45,531 nt of DNA from Octopus sinensis (taxonomy: Eukaryota): assembly GCF_006345805.1 (NCBI RefSeq), contig NW_021834831.1, positions 1 through 45,531 on the forward strand. The letters are read 5' to 3'. The position numbers and the translations under genes are program-made. The notes beneath the pieces were generated by a model. That model had not been told where the DNA came from and ran no database searches. It saw only the letters and a program-made list of their open reading frames with translations. How positions within the stretch are numbered: the first letter of the stretch is position 1; each line of letters starts with the position of its first letter. Shown in pieces: positions 24,511 to 38,914 of this stretch.

Positions 24511-24717
24511 GGGTCGTCTCATCAGAATAAGGGACCTCCTAAGCAAATCAATGAGCACTATATTGGTAATTTATTGATACAGCAAGCTACATCAAATGCA
24601 GATCAAAACTGGGGCCCAAGACCTGTGAGAAGATCCCTGGCAAACTGCCCAGTGTGCTTATGTCTAAAGACAGCCGTGCTCAGGATCATCACCACGGTTA
24701 GCAAGAAGGCACTCTCA

Positions 24718-25082
24718 GCAAGCTGGCAGAAACGTTAGCACGCCGGGCAAAATACGTAGCCGCATTTCGTCTGTCGTTACGTTGTGAGTTCAATTTCCGC
24801 CAAGGTCGACTTTGCCTTTCATCCTTTCGGGGTCGATAAATTAAGTACCAGTCACGCACTGGGGTCGATGTAATCGACTTAATACCTATGTCTGTCCTTG
24901 TTTGTCCCCTCTATGTTTAGCCCCTTGTGGGTAATAAAGAAATAGGTATTTTTTCTGCCGTTACGTTCTGAGTTCAAATTCCGCCGAGGTCGACTTTGCA
25001 TGTCATCCTTTCGAGATCGATAAATTAAGTACCAGTTACGCACTGGGGTCAATGTTTAGCCCCTTGTGGGCAATAAAGAAAT
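24718..25082 (+). mobile_element. SINE family A dimer inside one 15-bp TSD
   Basis: AAGAAGGCAC(T/C)CTCA at 24703-24717 and 25083-25097; same internal junction as the trimer. Confidence 0.92.
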
Positions 25083-25122
25083 AAGAAGGCACCCTCATAT
25101 CGTTAGTGAAACCGATATGTTT

Positions 25123-25560
25123 TGATCCATCCGTTTTTCTCTGTCCACAATTCCGGAGAGGGCCGTAGAAGCAGGATCCTCAGGCCCCTTCTCCATAAGG
25201 CTCTTTGAGTACCAACCGTTATTACACTTTCCAGTTGAATTCCCAAGCGTGACCAATTGAGACTTTGGATATTATCCAGTCATTCCGTTCTTGGTCTCTT
25301 CCTGGTTCTCCTACCGGTTGGTTCAGCTTGGAGAATCCGTCTTGCTATTCTTTTCCTGCAATGTTCTAATTCCATGTGCGTTGTACCAGAACTGTAACCT
25401 TTCAATGAGGAGAAATAACTGCTTGATATGGGAGACTCTAGGATCACTGGGCTACGTGCCCTGTCGTGTAACTTAAGTTCGGAGACTCTTCAGAGGAACC
25501 CTGATTTTGGCTGCTTGCATATATGATCGTATTCTTTCGGTCATCACAAAACATTCACAA
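25123..25560 (-). mobile_element. RTE-clade (Expander/Rex3-like) LINE 3' fragment
   Basis: Decayed MTERIRS and RRILQAEPTGRRTRKRPRTE*LDNI (GRR.RGRPR.RW.D relic); ends aaaacggatggat. Confidence 0.75.
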
Positions 25561-25643
25561 CCATAGCTAGGGCCGGCCCGTTGCCAGACTTTGGTGCCCG
25601 GGGTGCTTCAGAATATTCTAAGTAAGCACTGACTTGTATTCCA

Positions 25644-26025
25644 GGAAGATTTTTGTAAACGGAATTTTCTACATCTGAGGGTACACCATTGAATAGTGAA
25701 GGGGGAAGTACCGTCCAGTGAACCCACTTAGCAGCGGGCATAATTTAAGAAGAAAAGTAAGTCAAACTCCAAGGAACATACTGCGGGAAGATTTTTGTAA
25801 ACGGTATAGTCCAAATCTGAGGGTGCACCATTGAAATAAGGAGGAGGGCACTGCTTTTCAGAGCATTCCCTTAGCGACGGGCATGGTTTAAGTAGAAAAG
25901 TTAGTCAGACTTCAAGAAACGTACTGCATGAAGACAGTTCTAACTGTATTTTCTAAATCTGAGGGTGCAATATTGAATAGTGAGAGGTAAGTGCCTTCCA
26001 GTGCATTCCCTTACCGACGGGCATA
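25644..26025. repeat. About 142-bp diverged minisatellite, about 2.7 units
   Basis: ggaagatttttgtaaacgg at 25644 and 25786, third unit near 25929; shared atctgagggt.ca..attgaa and ctta.c..cgggcat. Confidence 0.88.
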
Positions 26026-26443
26026 TAGGTGAGGACAGACGCAAAAGCCAAATTGTAGTCATATTTTCAAAATAACGAAATCCAAAAAATGGAAACAAGA
26101 TGTTACAAGTTCAAGATTTAAACTTAGAGATACCCTCGACTATATAAAACTTGGCGACACCCAGTTTAAAAAAATCACCCCAGGTTTCGAAGAAATTGTA
26201 ATTATATATGCCTTTTAATTACTTTGAGACTTCCCTGGCTTGTCAGCTTTAAATGGTTGCGAGTTAAAATTTTACCTAAATCCAACGCTGGGTGGTTGGT
26301 CTTAAACTCAATTACGGATGAAATAGCAGCCAAATCTCCTTTCAGCAACATTATATACTATATAAAAGATGCTAAGAGCTGATGATGTAGTCCCGGATAT
26401 ATTATAATCACGCACGCACAACCCCCCCTATATATGCACACAT

Positions 26444-26474
<31 letters not shown>

Positions 26475-26496
26475 GCTATATATCTTTATACATAAA

Positions 26497-26527
<31 letters not shown>

Positions 26528-26611
26528 ATACACGCACAGAGAGAGAAGGGGAGGGAGCGAGAGAGAGAGAAAGACAGAGAGAGAGATATAAACACGCAAG
26601 TACACGAAGGT

Positions 26612-26650
<39 letters not shown>

Positions 26651-26879
26651 CATACACACCTAAGCAACTAATGCCACATATAGAAATACACACGCACAAA
26701 CACAGAAACACATAAATATTCATATTCACGGATGCATTCACTTAAGTACATTCACGCATACATATAAACACACACACACACGTTATTTTTTTTAGAAAGT
26801 GTAATAAATATATAGTTTTGTAGTGTTGTAGTGGTAGAGTAGGCTGGCGTTGAGGAGTGAATTATTGTCGAAGTAAAGA

Positions 26880-27386
26880 CATGGGGAAATATGGAGGGAA
26901 AGAGAAGCATTTAGAGTGAACAACGAAGAGGAAGAGAAAAAAGAAAGAGTCTGAGAGAGGAGGGAAAGCTTAAGAGGAAAGGAATAGAGACAGGAAACAC
27001 ATACGTTTGGAGAGAGAAGGAGGAAGGAGAGAGAAAGGGACAGAGATAAATGAAAGAAGAAAATAGGGTGAACAATGACAAAGGAAGACTAAGAGAGATA
27101 TTGAATTACACATAGTGGGGAAGAGAGAGAAAGAGTGAGAGAGTAAACGCGTGAGAGAGAGTGTGTGAGAATAGAGAGAGTGTGGAGAGAGTGAGGGAGG
27201 GAGACAGGGTAGAGTGATAAAGAGTGGAGAGAGAGAGGGAGACAGAGTAGAGAGATAGAGCGTGGAGAGAGAGAGAGATGGGGAGGGAGACAGAGTAGAG
27301 AGAGTGTAGAGAGAGAGGGAGACAGAGCAGAGAGATAGAGAGTGGAGAGGGAGAGAGATGGAGATAGGGTAGAGAGATAAAGAGTG

Positions 27387-27420
<34 letters not shown>

Positions 27421-28033
27421 ATGAGAGAGAGAGAGAGAAAGAGAGAGTGAGGGGAGAGCGAGAAACAGACAAACAGATTGGCAGACAGACAAGAAAGACA
27501 GACATTCAAAGCAGGACATGAAATCACACACAGGAAGAGGATGAGTGGCAGACAGAAGAGAGCAAGAGAGAAAAAGGAAGAGGAGAGAAAGAGAAACAGA
27601 CAGACAGACAGACAGATAGATAGATAGATAGACAGACTGAGGGTAGGAGAGAGAGAGAGATGAATTGACAGAGACGCAAAAGCCAGTGGTTATTAGGCAC
27701 ACTTACATAGAAAATCTACTTACGCACACGCATACACGCAGACGTACACACATACACACACAGAGTAATACAGAGAGATAGAGAAACGGAGGGAACGAGA
27801 GTGAGAGAGACAGAGACAGAGAAAGAGAGAGAGAGAGGAGGGGGACCTCTACATAAAGAAAGAAAGGGGATTGAAACAAAGACAATGCATACGTACACAT
27901 GCAGACGTTTATAAGAAAAAATTTAAGGACATGGACGTAGATGATGCAGCAGGGAGGGTGAGAAGGTAAAGAAAGAGAGAGAGCCAAATAGATAGACAGA
28001 CAGACATACAGACAGATAGACAGACAGACAGAC

Positions 28034-28085
<52 letters not shown>

Positions 28086-28140
28086 TAACTGAGCGTTAGA
28101 GAGTAAGAGACAGGGAGATAGAGAGGGAAAGAGATGGAAG
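26880..28140 (+). repeat. Purine-rich (GA)n/(GACA)n/(GATA)n low-complexity domain
   Basis: Directly visible. Confidence 0.9.
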
Positions 28141-28386
28141 TTACGTAGATGGATTTTGAAGCCCGAAATAAAGTTGTCATTTACTTAGTCGATAGAGGAA
28201 CTTCTACTAAGAAACAAGCATCAAACAAAACAAATAAAGAAAGGCGATAATTAATACGTGGCCGTTGCTTGTTAGTGAGATTAATTAACAAAACACATGA
28301 CCGACTGATGGGGGGGAATACGAGGAGTGGTGGTGGTGGTGGCGGCGGTGGTATTGGTGGAGGAGAAGAGGAAGAGGAGACACACA

Positions 28387-28425
<39 letters not shown>

Positions 28426-28609
28426 TCTAGCTCTCTCAAACTGAAAGGAAACCAGATCCTCTCCTTGCAAGCCACTTAAAACAAATCACTCACACACGTC
28501 CGTAGCTTGTTTCAAGAAGGGGAAAAAGAAAAAAAAAAAAAAGTAAAGGAAGAAGGAAGGAAAATATATAAAATAACCTAACCTATGCAATTATTACGAT
28601 AGCAATATC

Positions 28610-30060
<1,451 letters not shown>

Positions 30061-30172
30061 ATATATATACATATGTGACATTAATAAAAATCTGTAAATG
30101 TATAACCATCCAGTACCTTATTTTTTCTTATACATAATACCTGTACATCACATCGAAACCTTCTAATATATA

Positions 30173-30279
<107 letters not shown>

Positions 30280-30426
30280 CATATACATATATACATACAC
30301 ACACACACACATATATATAATATATATATATACACATATATATATATATCTGTATGTATGTATGAAGAGCGTTGGCTCGAAAAGTAAAAGACTTTCTCCC
30401 TTCTCGAACTATAACTAATACGTCTG

Positions 30427-30459
<33 letters not shown>

Positions 30460-30545
30460 TATATATATATAGGTATGTATATATAATATATATATATTAA
30501 ATGTATATATATACATATTTGTATGCATATGTATATGTATATATA

Positions 30546-30847
30546 TACTCTTTTACTTGTTTCAGTCATTTGACTGCGGCCATGCTGGAGCACCGCCTTT
30601 AGTCGAGCAATCGACCCCGGGACTTATTCTATCGGTCTCTTGTGCCGAACCGCCAAGTGACGGGGACGTAAACACACCAGCATCGGTTGTCAAGCAATGC
30701 TAGGGGGACAAACACAGACACACAAACACACACATACATATATATATACACATATACGACAGGCTTCTTTCAGTTTCCGTCTACCAAATCCACTCACAAG
30801 GCATTGGTCGGCCCGGGGCTATAGCAGAAGACACTTGCCTAAGATGC

Positions 30848-30851
<4 letters not shown>
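30546..30851 (-). mobile_element. SINE family B, head-truncated
   Basis: Closely matches 3556-3873. Confidence 0.9.
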
Positions 30852-30893
<42 letters not shown>

Positions 30894-30987
30894 CATATAT
30901 ACATAATATATATATATACATACATACACACGCACACGCGCGCATGCGCACAGACACATATATCGTCTTTTACATCTACGTACATGA

Positions 30988-31200
30988 AGGTGCGTGGCTT
31001 AGTGGTAAGAGCGTTGCACAAATGATCGTAAGATTGTGGTTTCGATTCCTGGACTGGACTGGACGACGAGTTGTGTTCTTGAGCAAAATACTTCATTTCA
31101 CATTGCTCCAGTTCAATCAGCTAACGAAAATGAGTAATCCTGCGATGGACTGCCGTCCCATCCAGGTGGGAAATATATACGAGTCTATGTGACTCGGGAA
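30988..31200 (+). mobile_element. tRNA-derived SINE family E
   Basis: GTGGCTTAGTGGTAAGAGC A-box, GTTTCGATTCC B-box, CORE-like GTGTTCTTGAGCAAAATACTT, then CCTGCGATGGACTG.CGTCCCATCCAGG. Confidence 0.8.
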
Positions 31201-31206
31201 AGATTC

Positions 31207-31648
31207 TTTTATTCTTTTACTTGTATCACTCATTTGACTGCAGCCACGCAGGAAGTATTCTTTGTAAGCCTAGTACTTATTCTGTCGTTTTACTTTGCCG
31301 AACCGCTAATTTACGGGGACGTAAACACACTAGCATCGGTCGTCAAGCGATGGTGGGAGGACAAACACACACGTATACATGTACTTATATATATATATAT
31401 GTATGTATGTATATACATACATACATACATATATACATACATACATACATACATATATGTATATATATATATATAATACAAAATGGGACAAGAACGCAAA
31501 CGGCTTCTTTCAATTTCTGTCTACCAAATCCACTCACAAGGCTTTGGTCGGCCCGAGGCTATAACACTTGCCGAAGGTATCACGCAGTGGAACTGAACCC
31601 GGAACCATGTGGTTGGGACGTAACCTTTTTACCATACAGCCACTCCTC
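31207..31648 (-). mobile_element. SINE family B
   Basis: Tail, internal microsatellite and head all recognisable. Confidence 0.88.
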
Positions 31649-31668
31649 TCTCTCTTTCTCTCTCTCTC

Positions 31669-31703
<35 letters not shown>

Positions 31704-31928
31704 AAACTACATATTATCTGTTCGCGTGCACCTACACACACACACCACACACACATACACAAACACACATACACACACGTGCGCACACATACACATACAC
31801 ACAAGCATTTATTCATTTGCATACTCTCGTATGCACGCATAAACACACACACACACAAACACCACCGTCCATATGTACATATGCGCATTTGTACACATAC
31901 ACACGCAGGAAACAATGTGTGTGTATCA

Positions 31929-32148
31929 TACATACATACATAAATACATACATAAATACATACATACATACATACATACATACATACATGCATGCATGCA
32001 TACATACATACATACATACATACATACATACATACATACATACATACATGCATGCATGCATGCATACATACATACATACATACATACATACATACATACA
32101 TACATACATAAATACATACATACATACATACATACATACATACATACA
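31929..32148. repeat. (TACA)n microsatellite
   Basis: Directly visible. Confidence 0.97.
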
Positions 32149-32236
32149 TGGGCAAACTGCAAAATGGGAAGGCTCCTGGAAAGGATCTAATTGTTGTATA
32201 TTGGTACAAGAAGTTGACATTTTATAGAAACCATAT

Positions 32237-32424
32237 AGGCGTAGGAGTGGGTGTGTGGTAAGTAGCTTCCTTACCAACCACATGGTTCCGGGTTCAGTCC
32301 CACTGCATGGCACCTTGGGCAAGTGTCTTCTACTATAGCCTCGGGCCGGCCAAAGCCTTGTGAGTGGATTTGGTAGACGGAAACTGAAAGAAGCCCGTTG
32401 TATATATGTATATATATATATATT

Positions 32425-32470
<46 letters not shown>

Positions 32471-32690
32471 TGTGTGTATATGTTTGTGTGTTTGTGTTTG
32501 TCCCCCCAACATCGCTTGACAACCGATGCTGGTGTGTTTATGCCCCCGTAACTTCGCGGTTCGGCAAAACAGACCAATAGAATAAGTACTAGGCTGACAA
32601 AGAATAAGTCCTGGGGTCGTCGACTAAAGGCGGTGCTCCAGCATGGCCACAGTCAAATGACTGAAACAAGTAAAAGAGTAAAAGAGTAAA
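32237..32690 (+). mobile_element. SINE family B, full length, young
   Basis: GGCGTAGGAGTGG...CAAGTAAAAGAGTAAAAGAGTAAA. Confidence 0.93.
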
Positions 32691-35105
32691 CCAATTGATA
32701 TGCATGTTCAAAAGGACTATGGAAGAACAAACTGATATACCACATTGGCTTGCTACAGCAAGGACAAGTCTCGTTGCCAAAAATGAAATCATCGAGATGG
32801 CAGGAAGCTACAGGCCCGTTACTTGCCTAAGCATTATGTACAAGCCGTACACAAGTAGCCTCAACCAATTCCTTCACGAGGAATCGAACAACATTGTGAC
32901 TTATGAACAGGCTGGTGGAAAGAAGGGAGTGTGGGGATGTGCCGAACAACTTTTAATAAAAGAAAACTGTACTGTCTGAAGTTAGAAAACAACGCAGAAA
33001 CCTTGTGACAGTATGGCTTGTCTATATGAAGGCATTCGACTCTATTTGTCATTCATGGCTGTTGGAGTGCCAACATCTGGCAAAGGGACCTCCTTCTTTA
33101 ATTGCTGCAAAAGAGAGACTCACAAAGACATGGACAACTATTCTTACCCTTACTACTGAGAAAAGAATAATTGTTTCTGATAGTATAAGCATTACAAAGG
33201 GAATATTCCATTATCGTTCCTACTGCAGAAAACAAATGGTTACATGCTAGGATCTTCAACTGCCAGAAATATCAATGTAACTCATAATTTCTTTGTAGAC
33301 GACCTGAAGATTTATGCTAAAAGTGTTAAGAATGCCAAAAAAACAACTGGAATTATTAACATTTTCAACTAATATAGGCATGGAATTTGGCCAAAAGGAA
33401 TGTTCATATTTGGTTATAGAACGAGGAAAATTAGTCCCTCGAACTCAATACCTATGCATCAACGGTCTTTCTATCTCCCCCATTCCTCACAAAAAATGTT
33501 ACAAGTACCTAGGCATAGACGAAAATGTATCATATGAAGGCACTGTGAATAAAAATAGAATGACCCGATAATATTACACCAGACTCAGGAAAATATGGCA
33601 GTTGGAACTCTCCTCTTACAACAAAACAATATTCCACAATGCATTTACAGTACCAGGGCTCAAACCAACATTTGGGATACTTGATTGATCTGTAGAGGAA
33701 ATCCACTCGATAGATATAAAACCCCACAAAATCCTGACAATAACTGAGAACATCCACAGAAACAGTGATGTTGACAGGCTCTACCTAAGAAGAAATGAAG
33801 GTGGTAGAGGCCTGATAATCAGTGCAGACGGCATTCGAACGCCGTATGGTATCACTCAGGCAGCACCTGCTAAACAACAACAGCAAAAATAAATATTAAT
33901 GCAGTGCTGAAAAGCGAAGTGAGCAACATTGTACGCGTTGGCAGTGAACGCCTCAAGCAACATTCTCTTCCTAATGATCTCCTATACAGCCCCCAAACAG
34001 CTGGGCTCTCTTACCTCAGAGAAGACCTGGATGGAAAGCACTCAGCGTACAAAAAAAAAATGTTTATGCATGGTTATGCTGCCCGGAAGCTTGAAGGTGA
34101 CAGTAGAATTGACACGAAGCGCAGCCTCTCTTGGACACAAGACCACTACATCACATCACATTTTGAAGGCTATGCGTTTGCAATCCAAGAACAAGAGATT
34201 GCCACAAAGTACCTGGAGAGCAAGCGAGAAAGTGACGCTCTTGTAATCCCAAGTGGCAACCACATGTGTAGGCTATATCTTGTTTTCGTGGAAGACATTA
34301 CGCTTGTGATTAGCAGCTGTCCTAAAATGTCTTCACGGTACCATCTCTCAATGTGGTACGATGTAGTTGCTAAAACAATTTACAATGCCATCTGCAATAA
34401 AGACTGTCCTGAAATTAACTTAGAAAATCCCTCTGCTATGGAATACATTCATGACCAACCAACTCAAGGAATTCTGGTGGAATATTTGCGTCAAAACTTC
34501 TGTCAAATGTAAGCGTAACAAGCCGGATATTGTTGTTTGGGACTAGGGGCAATGGTATATACCACACATACATACATACATACATACATACATACATACA
34601 TACATACATACATACATACATACATACATACCGGATGTTAACATAAAGCTGAAGATCAGTGAAAAAGAGAATATTTACGCTGAACTATTGAAAAATATGC
34701 AGTTACTCTATCCAGATTACAAGTTCAGGTTCATACCTGTAATTATTGGGGTCCTGGGATACGTAACACACTGCTTAAATACCAATCTTGAGAAATTAAG
34801 TTTCTCAAAACCAGAAAGGAGAAAGCTAATTCGAAGACTACAGATCCAATCCATCACTAGAACTGTAAAAATTTGTAAAACTTCCCAGAAGTTTATCATT
34901 TAAATGTATATGAGCATGTCTTGATATGCAACTATATGCATGAGAATACATGCATAAGTAAAACATAGAAATTTGCAGATATACATACATACATACAAGT
35001 AATAATGCCCTGTTGTTGATGTTAAAATTCTAATGAAGGAGCCTTGGATCTAGGTTAGAAACTGGCTCTTTCTCTATTCGCAAGAAATCTTGAAATAAAA
35101 CTGGA
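32691..35105 (+). mobile_element. 5'-truncated non-LTR retrotransposon with RT and restriction-like endonuclease (R4/Dong-like), pseudogenised
   Basis: YRPVTCLSIMYK, EQAGGKKG..GC.EQLLI, KAFDSICHSWL, FVDDLKIY, YKYLGI, GGRGL, AIQEQEIATKY, CRL..EDI...ISSC, KPDIVVW and PVIIGVLG motifs in order; frameshifts; (TACA)n inserted at about 34565-34630; stop at 34901-34903, then 3' UTR. Confidence 0.9.
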
Positions 35106-35303
35106 CAATGACATACATGCATACATACATGTGTGTGTGTGTGCGCGTGTTTGTGTGTGAGCGCTCCCGCGCGCGTAACGCACTGTTCCGTGTTGGTAAG
35201 ATCAACAACAAAGTCCTCCATCTGGTGAGAGATAAATATGATTTAACAGACATGTTTTTATGCGCTACTATTCTCTCATTCTATTTTTTTTTAGTTCTTT
35301 TTG

Positions 35304-35380
35304 ATATGTCATTTGTGCCTGATGAATATGTTAAGCTATTTCTCAACATATGAAGCTATAAGTAGCACATAAAAACATAT
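35304..35380 (+). ncRNA. Extended type I hammerhead ribozyme motif (A15.1G variant)
   Basis: AUAUGU cauu UGUGC CUGAUGA AUAUGUU aagcuauuucuc AACAUAU GAAG CU aua AG UA^ GCACA uaaaa ACAUAU: 7-bp stem II and bipartite stem I with an internal loop; GAAG replaces GAAA. Confidence 0.8.
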
Positions 35381-35509
35381 ATAGTGTCTATCGTAAGTGT
35401 TTTAGTGTGTGTGTGTACGTGCGTGCGTGTGTGTGTACGTGCGTGTGTGCGTGCGTGTGTGTGTGTGCGTGCGTATGTGTGTGTGTGGCTGGGGTACCTT
35501 TGTATCAAT

Positions 35510-35720
35510 GCCTATCCCCCATAACCACTAGTCAACCGGTGTTGCTGTGTTTACGTCCCCTAACTTAGCGTTTCGACAAAAGTAGGCGATAGAATAAGTA
35601 GCAGGCTTTTTAAAATATTTAGTATTGGGGGGGGGGCATCGATTCGTTCGACTAAAATTCATCGAGGTGGTGGTGCTCCAGCATGGCCATAGTCAAAATA
35701 ACCGAAGCAAGTAAAAAGAA
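35510..35720 (+). mobile_element. SINE family B 3' half
   Basis: tttacgtcccc taacttagcg...gtgctccagcatggcc. Confidence 0.8.
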
Positions 35721-35926
35721 AAACGACAACTTGAATATTGCCTGGGATTGATATCCTCGTTGACAGCTCACAAGTGCGTTATTGTAGCCATGTCGTTGGG
35801 AAGCAAATATCTCGGGTCCAAGTGGAACTTGTGCTTTCGGTACTCAGTGATCGCATCCTTCACGCCGCTACATTCTCGAATTATCTCATCTTGAATGTGT
35901 TTTCGTAATGATATTCCAAGCATAGA

Positions 35927-36187
35927 TCTTATTAGAGACAGAGCAATGTAGATTATTGATTACCCTTCAAAAAATTAGCTTTTATTCTTTATATGAGAGT
36001 TAATTCCTTCCGTTTAAATGGCGCACTAGGTCAAGAGGGTACATGACTTCAGACATTCTTAGGTGATATGCAACCAAACCGTTAGGTAATCAGCCATACA
36101 TCACGACCGAGCCACAGTAGTTTCATGTGATCAGTCTTCTAAGCAGGCAAGTCAAGATGCAGTCATCGCGTAGTGCAATCTTCTAGA
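35927..36187. repeat. Chimeric local duplication of 39145-39233 (inverted) and 41363-41538 (direct)
   Basis: 89 bp with 1 mismatch plus 176 bp with 4 mismatches, overlapping at GTTT. Confidence 0.92.
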
Positions 36188-36684
36188 TTGCGTCTTAGCC
36201 AATCGATGTTTTGTCCTCTTCGTAGTACCCCACGTCTCAATTGTTTATAACGTCGCAGATATACGTACATGAATAAATTCTAAACAATAACCCAACCCCA
36301 AATTTAATCAATAAAACGGTCGTGAGCTCTTACGTAGTCAGAGTCAAGCGAAAACCCTTCGTAGTATGATGCCAAAAAAATATAATTACATGGAATTATT
36401 TTGATTGTAAGCTTTTCGCAAAAATTAGACCGCTAAAGGGTACTACTTCATACTAGTAAATGAGGAAACCGTAAGCCGAAATTTTGGTGATTATACTCAT
36501 TATCTGTGTGTGTGAGAATGTGTGCGTGTGTATGTGTATGTGTGTGTGTGTGTGTCTGTGTGTCTGTCTGTGCGTGCGCGCGCATTCAGTATAATTACAC
36601 GAAACAGCAAGGATCAAAATAGCTAAGTCAAATGAATCTACACGCACATTCACATGTAAATAAATATACATAAATATGTGTATA

Positions 36685-36744
<60 letters not shown>

Positions 36745-37055
36745 TATGGTTCTGTCCAAGTGTCGAAACAGCAGTGATAACCGTGTGGCAGCCGATCATG
36801 GGAATATATTTGTTATGCTTAATTGTGGATTTATTTTATATCTTAATCTCGGTATTTTGAGTTGTCTTTCATTCTTGTAAAGCGGGAAGTGTTTGTGGTT
36901 TCATAGTTTGTGAAGAGATCACATACATTGGTATAGTTTGGTTTTCTTCATATGTAATCTAATTAGGATTTAATGATGATTAGATATTTATGTCTAAGTC
37001 TTCGGAGGTTCTGTTACACACACAAATATATGAAGTGGTATATCAAAATCTGGGT

Positions 37056-37098
<43 letters not shown>

Positions 37099-37767
37099 CG
37101 TAATATTATTTGGAATCACTATATTTAGGAAATATCAACAGTAGCATTTCTTCGTGTAATTCGTGCAATGTTCTTTTTGTATACTGCCCATGGAAATAAG
37201 ATTAAATTTGTGAAAAAGTACTTATTTTAAAAACCAAACTATAAATATATTATCCGGACATAAATTGAATGTTCCTGCGGTATTACCGACGTACATTATA
37301 CGTAGATACATTCCTGTCATCACGAGACGTAAAGTAGCTATGAAGAAGATTATTGCTTCTTTATACGCGTATTCTATCTAAATGCAAAATAAGTGTATAT
37401 AAACAGCAAGCTGTAAAACTTGAAAAAACGCTGAAATACATGCCTCTTTATAGTGAAAATTAATTGATCATCATAATTTCAAAATTAAATTTAGGAAGGG
37501 GATATTATATTAGTGATAGGAGAGATTGTTTTTCAAATGTAATATCAATATTTTTCTGTGCACCGTTTAGAAAAGGGCCTCATAAAATAGAATAACCTGA
37601 ATATTAAAGCGTTATTATCAAATAATGAAATGGAAAATATATAAAATTTGCATATAACTATTTCAACTAATACATATATATACATGTACATGCAAACGTA
37701 CATACAAATATTTGTGTATATGTATATATGTGTGTATGTGTGTGTTTCTGTGTGTGTGTATGTGTTT

Positions 37768-37801
<34 letters not shown>

Positions 37802-37812
37802 CCGTGTGTGTG

Positions 37813-37844
<32 letters not shown>

Positions 37845-37884
37845 CATACATGCAAGCGCGCGCACACACATATGCGTATATATC

Positions 37885-38075
37885 TTTTATCCTTTACTTC
37901 TTTCAGTCGTTAGACTACGGCCATGCTGGGGCACCGCAGTGAAGAATTTTAGGTGAACGTATCGACCTCTAGTACCTACTTTGTAAACCTGGCACTTTTT
38001 CCTTTGGCGAACCGCTAGGTTTAAAGGGTGTAAACCACACCAACACCGGTTCCAAGTAGGGTGCAAACACAAACA
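37885..38075 (-). mobile_element. SINE family B 3' half, diverged
   Basis: tttcagtcgttagactacggccatgctggggcaccgc. Confidence 0.75.
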
Positions 38076-38095
38076 CGCATGTATATATAATATAT

Positions 38096-38270
38096 ATCAC
38101 CGTGATCACCGTGACCGACCAGGCTATCAGATGTTGCTTCACATCGCTGGTCACAATGCGCTTCGTATTGTTTTAGCCTTCAAATGACGCCACCCCGCTG
38201 GCTAAGCGAGCAGGCCATCAGAAGGAAGAGTGAGAAAAAGTTGTGGCGAAAGAGTGCAGCAGGGATCATC
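38096..38270 (-). mobile_element. SINE-C-related element with a different 3' tail
   Basis: aaagttgtggcgaaagagtgcagcaggg matches 7868-7895, but the adjacent tail differs from 7671-7860. Confidence 0.6.
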
Positions 38271-38914
38271 AATGTCTTTTATTCAGGATCTAGTCTGTAC
38301 CAAATTCTGTTGGCACTCCAAATTAAAGCATATTATCTTTGATAGTTTGGTAAAAAAAAAAATTGACCTAAAATAAGGGTGTGTTTGGCTTGTAGGTAAT
38401 TTTGAATTTATAATTAGGTCATGAATAGATAATGTGGAAATTTGAATATCATTTTATTTTCTTTATAGAATTAACATTGCTCTTGATGTCATATTTGTTT
38501 TGCCTGGGCTCTATTCCTACTGAGTGAGAGCATCTTCAATTTAGGGGTGTTTTCCTACGTCTGACGGGTTAGTCTTGCTTTAAGTATAAATGTAATTAAT
38601 TGCCAACCACAAGAAAATGAAATGAAGAGTTGTTGTTTTACCTTTTATCTTTTACCTATTTCAGGCGGACTGCCGCCATTCTGGGGCCCTGCCTTAAAGA
38701 ATTTTTAGTCGAATAAATCGACTCCAGTACTTATTTTTTTAAGGCTTGGTATTCATTCTGTTGGTTTCATCTACCAACGTTGAATTATTTATAATTATAG
38801 ATCTGTTCGATTGTTGCTGATCAGGGATTAAACTACGACGACAACAACAACAACAACACAAGCTGTAATAATCCAGACTACTGCAAACAACCTAGTAATG
38901 GTCGTACTTCCATA

